From NCBI GenBank assembly GCA_003971905.1, contig RSEE01000017.1, forward strand, positions 744,001 to 808,000: a stretch of 64,000 nt of DNA, read 5' to 3'. Below are positions 37,984 to 49,793 of this stretch, piece after piece. Position numbers and translations under genes: made by a program. The notes under the pieces are model-generated. The model searched no databases. It saw only the letters and a list, made by a program, of their open reading frames with translations, and was not told the DNA's origin. How positions within the stretch are numbered: the stretch's first letter is position 1; the number at the start of each line of letters is the position of its first letter. This stretch comes from Moniliella sp. 'wahieum'. Its lineage: Eukaryota.

Positions 37984-39618
37984 ATGGTCCTCTACCACGA
38001 CGAAGAGCTTCCCGGCTCCTGGGAGCTGATCTCCCACGGCGAAATCATCCTCCGCCCCGCCCCCACCGACTCCCCCAACGACCCCCTCAACTGGTCCCGT
38101 GCCCGCAAGGTATGGAATGGTATGTTGGTGTGCTACCTCGCTGCCTTAACCGCCGCTACTGCCAACGATGCTGGCTCCGGTGGCCAGGCATGAGTTCACA
38201 AGAGGGCATCTCGGAAGACTATGAAAACAAGGCGGCTGGTGTTCTGTTTGCCGCGATTGCCTTTGTATCGTTTACGACGGCGCCCATGCCATGGCTCTAC
38301 GGCCGCAAGATTCTGTATTTGCTCTGCATGTTGTCCGGCTTGGCAGGCGCCATCTGGTACGCCAAGATTACCACCCCAACCGACTCGGTATTGAACCAAA
38401 TCTTTGTTGGCGCCAGTGAAGCTGTGCAGAGGCCAACGTCCAGCTGTCTCTCAGTGACTTTACCTTTGAGCACCAACAAGGTACCGCGCTCGGGTGGTAT
38501 GTGCTCAGTACCTCGAGCGGCAACTTCCTCGGTCCCCTTATTGCCTCTTTCATTGCCGACAGCTCGATGGGCTGGCGTTGGATTGGCTGGTGGGCAGCCA
38601 TCATCAGTGGTGGCACTATCCTCGTGCTGCTCTTCTTGCAGGACGAGAGTATGTTTGACCGTACCCCTCAGATGCCGCGACGGCAGCAGCCGTGGCGCAC
38701 ACCTCTTCTGCATCCGAGGAAGATGCCGCATCCAATTCGAGTGTGGACAAGGAAAGAAGGACATGCGGAGGGGATTGCTCCGACGCTGCTTGAAGCTGGT
38801 GCGCTCGCACCCGAGTCAGCCGGGTCGCGCGCTCACGAGCCTGTCAAGACCTACTGGCAACGTATCCAGCCCATTACACCGGCTCGCAACCTCAAAGGCA
38901 CCGGCTTTGTGCAGTACTTCCGTCGGTTGCTGACCATGTGCAGTATGCTCCTCTTCCCTGGCATCTTGTACAGTGGTCTTCAATGGGGTGCACAGGACGC
39001 CTGGCTCTCTTTTATCTCTCACTCGAGGAGGAGTACTGGACGGATGCGCCGTGGAACTATGACGACGCGGCGGACGGGATCATGAACGTTCCCTCTCTCA
39101 TTGGTGCGGGTTTGGGCTGTATCTACGGTGGCTGGCTCAACGACAAGTTTGTCATCTGGCTCGCGAGGCGTAACGGTGGTCATCGCGAGGCTGAGGACCG
39201 GCTGTGGTTTATGATCCCAGCAGCCTTTGTCAGTTTTGTGGGCATGATCCTAATGGGTGTCGGAACGGCCCATGGCTGGTCTTGGCCTGTCCCTTACGTT
39301 GGGCTGGGCTTCCTTGGCTTTGGCTTTGGTTGCTGCGGTGACCTGAGTATGAGTTTTGCTTCGGAATCCTACCCTGACGCAACGATTGAGGGCATGGCCT
39401 GCATTGCTCTGATTAACAACAGCATGGCCTGCCTCTTTACGTTCATTGTCGACGATTGGCTTCAGGCGAGTGGGGTGCAGAACGCTATGATCGCCTGTGC
39501 TGTGCTCGACCTGTTTTTTATTCTTCTCTGCATTCCCATGATGATCTGGGGCAAGACCTTCCGCCGTTGGACAAAGGGAATGTACCTCAACTACATTCGT
39601 GTGCGCGATACGATCTGA
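37984..39618 (+). CDS. HOL1: MFS transporter, HOL1 family (polyamine/cation uptake)
   Basis: IILRPAPTDSPNDPLNWS, LTAATANDAGS, LYGRKILY, NQIFVGASE, STSSGNFLGPL, GWRWIGWW, YSGLQWGAQDAWL, FYLSLEEEYWTDAPWNY, GGHREAEDRLW, FGFGCCGDLSMS. No intron apparent; several indels. Confidence 0.85.
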
Positions 39619-40134
39619 ACGGGGTTCCTACATCCCCTCTCTCAGATCCCCACTCCATCTTTCTTCATCTCTACAAAAACTGATGCCCCTCCGTGGCCGC
39701 CTCTCTGCTGCGCGTTTACTTTCCGCTTTATTTGATCCGCTGAGGCATGCATTTCGGTCCTCAATGCAACGATGATAATGCCTATCTTTGCTCCCTCCCC
39801 TACCTAACTCACACCTGCTCTCAAACCCGAGTTCCACTGGCGTATCTGCATAGCCACCGTAGCAGGCCCTCCGTTACTAACCGCCTACCGAGTGGTGGCA
39901 GTGCTGCTACATTCTGCCAGGTAGGAAGGTGTAGTTAGTAAGGGCTAAGCTTTCTGGCAACTCCCTGATTAATGATTCGTAATGAAAAGTTGTTACCGGT
40001 GGGTATAACGCCAATGACGTCGTGATGACGTATTAAGCTTCAAATGGGAACCGTTCCGCATAGCATGCACATCAACTGCATCATCCGAATGCCCATCCAA
40101 CGGCGACAAACCCCTCTAATTAGCGCATCATCAG

Positions 40135-40740
40135 CGGCTCAGGCCCTCAGTCCCAGTCGGAATGCGTTGAGCGCCTTGAAGCTCTTGAAGCCTTGAAGCT
40201 TGGAGCTTGAAGTTTGAAGCTTGAGAGCTCAAAGAGCGCTTGAACCTCCGTTTCAGCCTGTTTCAAGCCTCAGGCCTCACACACTTTCGCACAGCGTACC
40301 TGCGCCTACCTGCGCCCCTCCGCCCAACCCAAACAGGCAGCAGGAGGTCAAAAGCGCAGTGTTGGCCCAGCGCGCTCAGCCTCAGCGCTCAGCGGCTCAG
40401 CAGCTGTGAACCCAACGTTCAACCCGTTCCCAGCAAGCCTCTGCTGGCGTCTGGGCTCCGACGGATGCAGTGGGATGGAGGCGAGCGAGCGTGAAGCTTG
40501 AAGGGATCATGATGATCGATGATAGATCGAATTGATCCTGCCCTCGTGGGCGTAAGACACTATCGCATTCGACTGAAAAGAGGGGGGCGGGACAGGGTGG
40601 GATTGGCAGCCGACCGATCGATGATCGATGAATCGATTATCTTAGGGGTGTTTCAGTCATCGATGGCCCACCTCTGTCATCGACTTCATTAATCATTGAT
40701 GAATTCCTCAATCGGATGTGCGCTGTTGATGATCGATGAG
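40135..40740. repeat. Cluster of 7-bp palindrome micro-arrays upstream of ROT1
   Basis: About 6 degenerate TTGAAGC units at 40176-40224; GCTCAGCCTCAGCGCTCAGCG at 40374; CAACGTTCAAC at 40413; ATCGATGATCGATGAATCGAT at 40617. Confidence 0.8.
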
Positions 40741-41030
40741 CTTTTTTGGATGGACAGCTCGGGCTGAGCCTCAGAAGACGGTAGACGGATGGATGGCCTT
40801 TGATGGCCTTTCCGCCACCGCCACCGTCGCCACCCCCGCCTCGCTATCCTCCGCTTTTGCAGCTGTCGGTGCTCTTCGCGTGCTCTCGACGACCCGCTGC
40901 ACCTCCTTCCCCGACCGGCCCTCCGTTCACGATCATCCCCCATCTGTCCCTCCTGTTCCTAGCTACCCTCCGCATAACCCGATCGCCCCCCCTGTCTAGG
41001 CCGCTGACCGTGCCTGATCCTCTACTACCC

Positions 41031-41885
41031 ATGCCGCGGCCTGCGTCCACACCTAATGTGTCCATGATGACCACCAACGAAAGCCACCTGTTTTCTCCGC
41101 CCCTTGTTCCCGCCATCAGCCGACCAAGAGCGAGCTCGTCGCGTCGCAGATACCCTCGCACCCGACCATCTCGCTTGACGAAGCTGGGTCGTGCAATTGG
41201 CTGCGCGGGCCTCGCACTTTCTCTTGCTGTGGGGTTGGGCGTGCCATGCTCGGCTGCCGGGTTAAAGAACAACGTGACGTCGATTGAGGGTACCTGGAGT
41301 TCTGGCTCTGGCGCTGTGAGCACCGGATTGGTACGTGTGTGCTCCATGGCCTCGCATTGCAGAACGGTAGCTGACCCGCACTGCCGTGCTCTGCGCCTTG
41401 AAGAGCTTTTTCAACCCCATGACGTTTGAGTTTGCTGTACCACCATCTGGCGGGGTGAGCTACAGTTTCACCGACGATGGGTTTTGGGAGCAGAGCAAGT
41501 ATCTCTTTTCCAACGACCCTACCTACAACCGATGTGTCAATGCCACGCTTCTGTGGCAACACGGCACCTACACCTTCAACTCCAACGGATCCCTCTCCCT
41601 TCGTCCGTTCCCGTCCGATGGCCATGTGCTCACTGTTGATATGTGTGGTGGACAGACCGTGCAAGAAAACTGGTACACCCAATTTGAACTGATTCCGAAT
41701 GGTCGATTTACCTCGAATCCAGTACCGGCTTTAGTCAGCCAGTCGGGTCGGCGTACGCGTTGCAAATGTACCAAGACGGAGGGAAAGGCGAGGCGGGCGC
41801 AGCCATGTCCCCGCTCTTCCTTCAAGCTCGACCGCCAGTCATGTTGCCGACACAGCAATTGCATGAGCCTGTGCTCAATGGTTAG
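41031..41885 (+). CDS. ROT1: ER chaperone Rot1
   Basis: NNVTSIEGTWSSGSGAVSTG|(L)SFFNP, GVSYSFTDDGFWEQSKY, CVNATLLWQHGTYTFNSNGSLSLRPFPSDG, LQMYQDGG...LFLQARPPVMLPTQQL. Intron 41331-41403. The start ATG could be 41031 or 41064. Confidence 0.88.
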
Positions 41886-42053
41886 CCCCCCCCCCCCCAT
41901 TAAGCCTAATCATCTGCCCTCCCTCCTCTCGTTCCCTTGGGGCCTTCCTTTCCCCTCCTCTTCTGCTTTCCCCCCCTTTGCTCTATGTCGCATGCTGTTG
42001 TGGATTCCCTTTATTTGCGTCGCTATTTGATATGGCACGACGGTTGGTCGTTT

Positions 42054-42092
42054 TTTGCTTTGCTTTGCTTTGCTTTGCTTTGCTTTGCTTTT
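42054..42092. repeat. Pentamer microsatellite (TTTGC)x7
   Basis: Directly visible 3' of ROT1. Confidence 0.9.
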
Positions 42093-43309
42093 GCCTCTGA
42101 CCATTGGCTCTGCTCTTTGCTCACGTTATGTCGCCTCCCCCTCCCCCCGACTCCCTCTTCCTCCCTTGTCCTGTACATACCTCATCCCCTCTCCCTATGC
42201 CCCACCGCTGCAAGGTGGGGCCATTCAAGCTCAACCGAATGGACTTGCAACCGTTACCCTTCATCTTAGCACCCCTGCTTATTTGCGCTCTCCTCTTTTC
42301 GCCCTCTTCTTCACATTCAGCTGGAAGCTCACCCCCCGCTCCCGCCCCGGTATCAGCTGTATACCGATCGAAGCACATATATGGGATGTAGTACTAGTAG
42401 TGCGTGCCTCATTCCCGGTTGCCAAAGCTGTCAGAGTACGCTAACAGTACTAGTACCGAAAAATCACGCATTTGTTGGTTCGGAAACAGATTCCAGCTCC
42501 AATTCGCGTGCCTCACGGTGCCGTAGGAACGTCTTTCATCCAGCTCTTTTCAAATCTTTCTTTACCACGAGCTGACCTAGTTGACTGTGGTGCCGTCGCT
42601 TCGCTTTCCTCTTGTACCGTCAACTGTAGCCTCTCCGCCCTGCTGCTGAATCGCCACACACACAGCCTAAAGCCATCGATGTTCCCCTCTGAGTGATGCT
42701 TCTTTTGCCTGACTATGACACTGCCTGACTCCTGCGTGTCGACTTGGTCTCTCTCCGCCTTGCAGGGTGTTAGAACGTAATTGGTCTTGGGTTGGGTTAG
42801 TATGTTTGACTTTGAGCGAAGAAAAGAGACGGAGGGGAGGCATCCCTGCTCAGAAATCTGATGAGATGGGAGGGCAGTGGTGAGGGTAGTGGAGTCCAGT
42901 GTCCTTGGAATCGCAGGTCGGCGTGTGTTATGAATCTGCTTTTTTGCTGTTCACTTTCACTGTCCACCGGGCCCCATCCAAGCATAATGCCCCAAGGCCG
43001 ATACCTTTTGATCACGTCGATCCCGTTCCCTCCTCCAGATTCATCGAGCTTCATTGGGGCAGTCGCCCAGTGAGCCACACCATCCAGCCATCGACCGACT
43101 AACTCCAGTCACTAGCAACTAGTGATTAGCAAATAGTAAGAGAGGCACCTGAAGAGCTATGGAATGCTGCCCTCGGCCACGCGAAAGCCCACAAGATGAA
43201 TAGTAATAAGAATTGTTCTTGCAGGAATACCAGGTACAACATGAAGCTGGGGTGACCAAAACAAAATACAACCTAAGCAATGAAGCCTAGCCAAGCCTTA
43301 TGCGTAACG

Positions 43310-45409
43310 TTACGCCTCAGGCACCAACCAATCGTTGAGCAACGCATATGCCTGGCGGGCGCGGTTGGTGCTGTGGGTGCTCTGCTCGCCAGCCGCATCA
43401 AACTGACGCACCGATTCAAACAGTTCGCGCTGTGCCGGGGTGAGCGCCGGTAGTAGCAACAAGTACCGCCGACTCACCTCGGCCGAAAACAACCCCTGCT
43501 CCAAATCCGTCAAGATGATGCGCGAGCTGCGCGTCACACTGCCCACCGTCGTGTCGTCGGCAAGGGGCGCAGAGCAGGCCGCCGCACTGGCACCCTTACC
43601 GGCGTGGTCGCTACCACCGTGTACGGGCGAATGGAGCGGGGGGAGCGTTGAGGTAGGACGAACAGGACCACTGGGCGCGTACCGGTCGGTTCCGGGTGAC
43701 CGCACGTACGGAGGGGAACGCGCGTACGGGGGGGAGCGGCGCACGTTCAATGGTTGGAGCGGAGGAAGAACAGCGTGCTGCGAAGGGTCGGTAGAGCTGG
43801 GGGGACGGTGCATGGTAGGGCCGGAAGGGTGGGGGAAGCGCGAGGAGGGGGAAGGTGGTACGAGGGAGGCGAACGGTACGTGAAGCGCGGATAAGAGTAT
43901 CCTTCCCTTGCTGCTCCTGACCCGGAAACGGGAGGGGGAAGGAATCGTTGATCAAAGGTGCGAAGCGTGCCCGGTGCAGGAGCAGTGGGAGCGGTAGCGG
44001 CAGGGTTAGGGTCAAAGTACTCGGGCCCAAGGTAGTGGAGTAAAAGGTCGAAGGTAGGTCGGCATCCGAGACGGCGAGCATGCGAAGCCAAGGGTAATGT
44101 GCGCGCATCAACGGTTGCGCACTTGCGGGTTGCGAATCTTGCCCCAGGTCGTTTCGGCCTCGAGACCGGGCGCGACATGCAGACGTGCCTCCCTGTCAGA
44201 CCACACAAATGCGCTCGTTCGCCGAAAGAAGCTTGTTCACCTGCGCTGCGTACCCCTTCAGTTTCTTCAGACGGTGCCGGGCCGAGTCGCCAGCCTCCCG
44301 CTCCTCGCCCACTGTCAACGCGGGTCCAAACACGGAGCGGACAATCCTGCGCCACACACTGCTCGTTGGTCGGACCGTCGGTTCAGACGGCATCAGCGCA
44401 CGGTTCTCCATGTAGCACTGCACCAGCGCTACATCCCGTTCCGTAGTCCAGGTACGCTTCCCCTGCCCAGGGTGGTCAGGGCGCCAGTTTTGGAAGGTTC
44501 GGGCGCAGCGAGGGTCTTTTCGTCATCCGACTCGGAGCGAGCGATACTGGCGTGACGAGGACGTTTGGGGTGAGGGTGGTCTTCGTTCGTGTCACTCGGT
44601 GTGGTGGGTTCGTCGCTAGAAGTGGAGGAAGAAATGGACTGGCCGGTCGAACGGCGTTTGCGCGACTGCTCGGTTGCAGACGGGGCAGGTGGCGAACAAA
44701 GTGGGCGTCTGCGCCTGCTTCAAGTCGGCCTCGTCAATGTGCTGAACCAAGAGCGGGTACCAGGCAAAGACGCCATCCCGCACCCGGTTACGCAGCTTGA
44801 CATTGCCAATCAACGACCAAGCCGCCGCGTCGGCGGGAGGAGCATGAGCAGGGATCACGCGGGCGGTAACAGGGTTCCAAGTAAACGTGCCCGAGGGATG
44901 GTGAAGAATAAGACGGATTTGGGCAGCGTATTGGCGCAGACGCTTCAGCCTGTGGCGCGACGAGTCGCACATCTCGCGTTCGTCCTCGTGGGAAAGGGAG
45001 ATGGGCGCATTGGCCGAAAGCATGTCCTTGACTACAGCTGGCCAAAAGTTACGTGCAGGCTGGCAAGACGAGTTAGGCAAAGGACCTGGATCTCCTGTCG
45101 GAGCGCATCCCAGGAGAGGAAAGAAGGAGGACATACTGGTGGGCCCGCAGGGGAGGGGTTGCTGTGATGGGAAAAGGCGCGGACAAGAGCCATGTCCATC
45201 TCGGCCGTCCAAGCACGGCCGGGCGTGCGCCAAGAGCCCGGGATCGGGGCGGGGTGGGCGGGGGGCATCCTGGCGGAGGCCGCTAGTTGTGGCGGCGGGG
45301 GGAGGGCAGGGTGGGAGTAGGAGGCAGAGGGGGCGTAGGCTGGCATGTGGTGGTAGAGGTGCGGGTGGACGGGGGCAAAGGCGGGGGCCGCAGGCATGGG
45401 AGCAGACAT
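43310..45409 (-). CDS. Protein with two tandem Myb/SANT-like DNA-binding domains (Myb_DNA-bind_3 / PIF-Harbinger ORF1-like)
   Basis: Repeat 1: RAWTAEMDMALVRAF...PARNFWPAVV...SRHRLKRLRQYAAQIRLILHHPSGTFTWNPVTARV...VFAWYPLL. Repeat 2: RTWTTERDVALVQCY...SVWRRIV...ARHRLKKLKGYAAQVNKLL...HYPWLRML. Intron 45060-45136 restores the frame. TATA-like element at about 45586. Confidence 0.7.
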
Positions 45410-47291
45410 GGTGGCACGCAGCTGCGCTTGGGACACCAGCAACAGACGGGGAGGAGGCGGGTGCGGGTGGGGACGAAGGGCAGGAGATGCTGGTGGCAGC
45501 CAGGCAAGCGGTGGTGGGGCACAGACAGGAGCAAGCAGCGGTGGGGCGATCGGAGGGAGGCAAAAGGCGTGCCGGGAGACGCTGCTATATACTCTTGGCG
45601 CCAGCCCAGTCCATCTCCAGGCCTCTTTGGGCGGCCCAGGGCCCACTGCCCCCCTGGCCCGAGTTGCTGCGCTGGACCAGCACGCATGCTAGCAGCACTC
45701 GCACTGCCCCCGTGCCGCCGCGGCATGGCCTCGTCGGCGAGCGCGCCTTAGTGTGCCCCCGTGCGCCAAACGCGAGCTTGCATGGCGCCAGTGCTGCTGC
45801 ACTCTTGGCACTCGCGCCGACGGCACCACGCCGCAGCCTGCTGGCGCCTGCTGCAGCCCGCCGCAGCTGAGCGCTCAGTCGGAGCACTCAGTGCTCCCTA
45901 GTGCTGAACCACTCACCACCGCCCAGCGCGCATGCGCAGCACCAGCACGCCCTCCCCGAGGGCGAGCGGCTCGCGTGTGCTGCTGCTGCGCTCCCCCGTT
46001 CCATCACACTCAGCGCCAAGCGGCAGCCATTCTCGCTCGCCAGCCGCCGATATCTCACAGTCGCACCGTGCCTGGGCTGGAGTGCCATCGCCTGCCGAGG
46101 CCCACGCCGTGCACGCAGCCGCCGTGCCCCCAACCCCCCTGACCGGTTCGCTTGCGGAGGCAGCGCCCAACGGACGCTCGCCCTGTGGCGCTGCCCGCCC
46201 TGCGCGCACAAGCCCGCCCTGCCTGCACTACTCGCGCCCACTGCAGCATTCCGCTCTGTGCCGTGGAGCTGGAGCTTGGCGCAGCAGCGGGCGGCGCGGC
46301 AGCCGCACTCGGGGTTCTCACACTGCCCCCATGCCCTTATCGTGTTTTCTTCCAGCTCCTGTGGCTCCGCGGCAGCCTCAGGCCTAGGGTTCTTGATACA
46401 GCGCATGTGTCTGCGGGCGCGGTACCTCGAAATCAGTGCGGCCAGGTGCCTGGAGTCGCACCTCTCCTGCCGTGCTGGAGGGACAAGGGGCTGCCTCGCC
46501 TCGGCGTATGGACGACAAAGCCTGCCCGGCTGGCCAGACAGGGCCAGATCCATCGGCTAATCGCATCAGGAGCTGCTAGGATCCAGCCAGAACAGCGTGG
46601 ATTTCGATTACCGATTGTCGATTATCGATTGCCGAATCCCGCAGTGCACTCGCCCACGCCATCTGGCAGCCACACCATCGGCCAGCTACCGACGTTTCTT
46701 TTTCTTCGCCTGGCCTTTCCTGTTCGCAAAAATACTCCTATGCCTATGCACTGGGCCACTCAGTAGTGCCCAACATGCTCTCATTCAGCAAACAGTACTC
46801 AGCACCCTAAGTCCCTCACTACTCGCCGATGCCAAGCCCCGACGGCCCCGACGACATCCCCCAGGTCACTTCTTCCTCGAGGCCTTTCCGTCTCACGTAC
46901 CTTTCTTCAAGCTGCCCCCGCAGGTCGTCCATGCCAAGTTCTAAGGATGGCCGTCAGTTGGATTAACGTCGAACGTTTTCATCACACGCAGCAACCTCGC
47001 CGGCGGCCCCAGTAAACTTCAAGCGCAGCTAACCACGTAAAGCACGCACCCGAGACGGTCTGCGGTCTGCCAAGCCCTAACTGCCCCAACCTCCAACTAA
47101 GCCAAGAAAACCCTCCGGAGCCCTGCGGAACCCCAGCGTCCATTCGCATCAAGTCGCTAGCTCTCTGCTGTTGACACTTCCTCGTGTGACATGTGACGAA
47201 GCCTGGACAGCCAGAACGCCGGAGCACCTGGGCGTCGGAGATGATGCATATTGCGAACAATAAGGTACGAAAGGGGACCGAGATGGTTGCG

Positions 47292-47635
47292 TCAGAGGCT
47301 GAGCGTCAGGCCTCAGCCTCAGGTGTCTAGATATATGTACCTGAAATTGCTTTGCCAAGCCCGTGTGGACTTTTAAGTTCAGGCTCCACGCTTCAGTACC
47401 TCAGTACACTCATCGGTATTACTCCGTTCATGGGGTTCTATGGGTCTTGAGCGATTTGAAGCCAAGATGCGCGCGCGATGTATACTAGATGCGCAATGTA
47501 CCGACGCGGCGCGATCTTGCATGACTAGTGACTAGTGACTAGTTACTAGTGACCATTGAATTGAACGTTCTTGAACACACGCTGAGCGGCTAGATGTATC
47601 GTGAACGTGTTGAACGTTGAACGCATTGAACACGA
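47292..47635. repeat. Cluster of 7-bp palindrome micro-arrays
   Basis: TCAGGCCTCAGCCTCAGG (47306), ACTAGTGACTAGTGACTAGTTACTAGTGAC (47524-47553), TTGAACGTTGAACG (47610). Confidence 0.85.
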
Positions 47636-49793
47636 CGAGGTTGTGGCCTGTTGTAGCATGTGGTCCCTATCGAGTTGCCTACCTCCTACACGTATCTCTA
47701 TTGCGGTATGCATGTGTGCTTTTCGTCTCCCACAGTGCCGCATGATGATACATCCCAAAAGTTACATGTCAATGTCATTGTCCGAGGTTGTGTTCTATGT
47801 TGCAGGCGGGGCTACGAAACGAGAGGGAAACCAAAGGTCCACAGTCAGAACAGGGGGGAGTGACAAAAGACCACTCGTATTGGAGGGAAAGAGGCATCTC
47901 GTACAAGGAACAAGAGTGTCGCGGAATCAGACAGGGTCAGACATACTTGGTCACAAACATATAGTCACCAGCTTGACTAAACGCTAAACACGCTGACAAT
48001 AATGTGAGCGATGTTTTGTTGTTCTGCAGACCCTGATTTCTCCCTCGTTCATGGTGCTTAAATTCTCCGATCTGGGCTCTCGATCAGATGTCATCTTTCT
48101 CTCTATGAAACACAGCTCACCTGGTCCCTGCTTCTCAGAAATGAATATGATCCGTCCCCTTTCCTTCTTCATATCCATCGATAATGAGAGAAAAGAGCAA
48201 ACGGGAAAAAAGGGAAGAACGAGACGAAGTGTACATAGGAAGCAGGGGAATTGGGGCGAGCTTGAATCACAGTATAGAGGGAGGTTCGGCAGCGCCCTCT
48301 TCGTTCTGCGTGGACCACAGACTGGGGGCGAGATACCAAGAATGTACAAAATCTCTGTTTTCTTGGCGCTATAGCTCACCGTCCGTATTACTCTCGGTCA
48401 CCGAACAGCACGCCCAGACCGGCGTCAAAACAGATCGAGGGTGTATCGTGTCTCCTAGCTCTCATGTTAATCGTCCGCGAAAAAGGATCATTTCACGGTG
48501 TGTGTTGGATATACGTAGCCTCTGTTCAACGTTCATTGGCAAAATGAACGTGCACCCCCTCTCCTCTCAGTTTGCCATTGCGGCTCGTCATTAGCGTCTC
48601 AGGATATGTGTGACCTTTCTGTACGTGTCTTGGGGTTGGGCGGCCTCTTTGTGCGTCACTATTAACTAATGCGAGTACCGTCGATGGTATCAGTAGCCTT
48701 TTGGGACGGGGTATCAGCAATGCCGGCGGGTGGAGATAGCCTACCGGGTGAGGACCAAGAGAATAAGGGTGTCAATTTACGTTGGTCTCTAGAACAAGGG
48801 CAGCGATAGATGACGTAGGCCCGAAGTTGGCAAATTCACCTGGCAAGCCGTCGTCATCCTCTCCCTCTCTCTAAAATTGAACATCTATCAGTTCTTCCCC
48901 AGTATATATGCTGGGGAGATAATGCTCACACAAAACCACAGCAAAAGAACGAGAAAAGATCACTGGAAGAATGGAAATGTGCGTCATATACATTAGAAGA
49001 CTCGGGCGCGATGGCTGATATCATAGTGAATGGAGAGGAGACGCCACAGGTTGTGGAACCTATGAAACGTGACGGAAAGAGAATGGGTCTGAAGAGCAGT
49101 TAGCGGTTAGCAGTCAGCCCATGGTATTCAGAGTATTGTGGTTCTTTTGAATTGACATCCTTCATCTCATCTGAACGGATGAATACGCATCCGTTTCCTC
49201 TGCAGCGCGTCGTGGGATTGCAGACCCCCGACCCAGCGCCTACGCTCGCCTTTTTGTCCCTCTTGTCGGAATTGCATCGATGTCACTAACTGGCTAGCTC
49301 GTCTGAACGATGTTGAACAAACCGGTGTACTCCCTTGTGCCAAAACTGAGCATACGTAGTGAGCATATGTTGCTTTTGGTCTATTATATAGATCGTGGAT
49401 TGAGTCCCCTTTCGTTTCACACCCCATTACAACTGGGCTATCACCAGTGGGTTGTGTTAGTGATGAGGAAGTTGTCAGACTTATTTCAGGGCTTATTCCT
49501 CCGTCAAGCGGCCTTCTCTCACCTCCCAGCGTTCTGTATGTGGGTGGCGCAACGAACTCGCAAGGAAAACGCGAGCAGTGCACAAGCGGCGTGGAGTATC
49601 GATCATCTCTTAACTGGTGGTTCAGATATTTGCATGCCTGTGTATTCCTTAATAGAGGTGACACCCTTTCGCCAACCATGGACCTGTACGTGGTTATGCA
49701 TGCCCTTCACGGTCCCTGCCACTAAAAGCCTCATCCCACCAATGTACGCGATAGACGGTCTTTGCGACATCTCTGAACGCTGTGCATTTACAT

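Noticed and set aside
45600..46950. Many overlapping 100-290 aa ORFs upstream of the Myb/SANT gene
   Set aside because: The DNA is GC-rich and promoter-like, giving Ala/Arg/Pro-rich translations in all frames with no motif.
17016..47635. Heptamer tracts as CRISPR arrays or synthetic polylinkers (they contain HindIII, AgeI, SpeI, BglII, ClaI and MluI sites)
   Set aside because: There is no repeat-spacer structure, cas gene or vector sequence. The tracts are degenerate and dispersed in eukaryotic DNA, and 6-bp palindromes commonly match restriction sites.
42800..49700. Search for a Harbinger DDE transposase or TIRs flanking the Myb/SANT gene
   Set aside because: No transposase motifs or convincing terminal inverted repeats were seen, so no mobile element was called.
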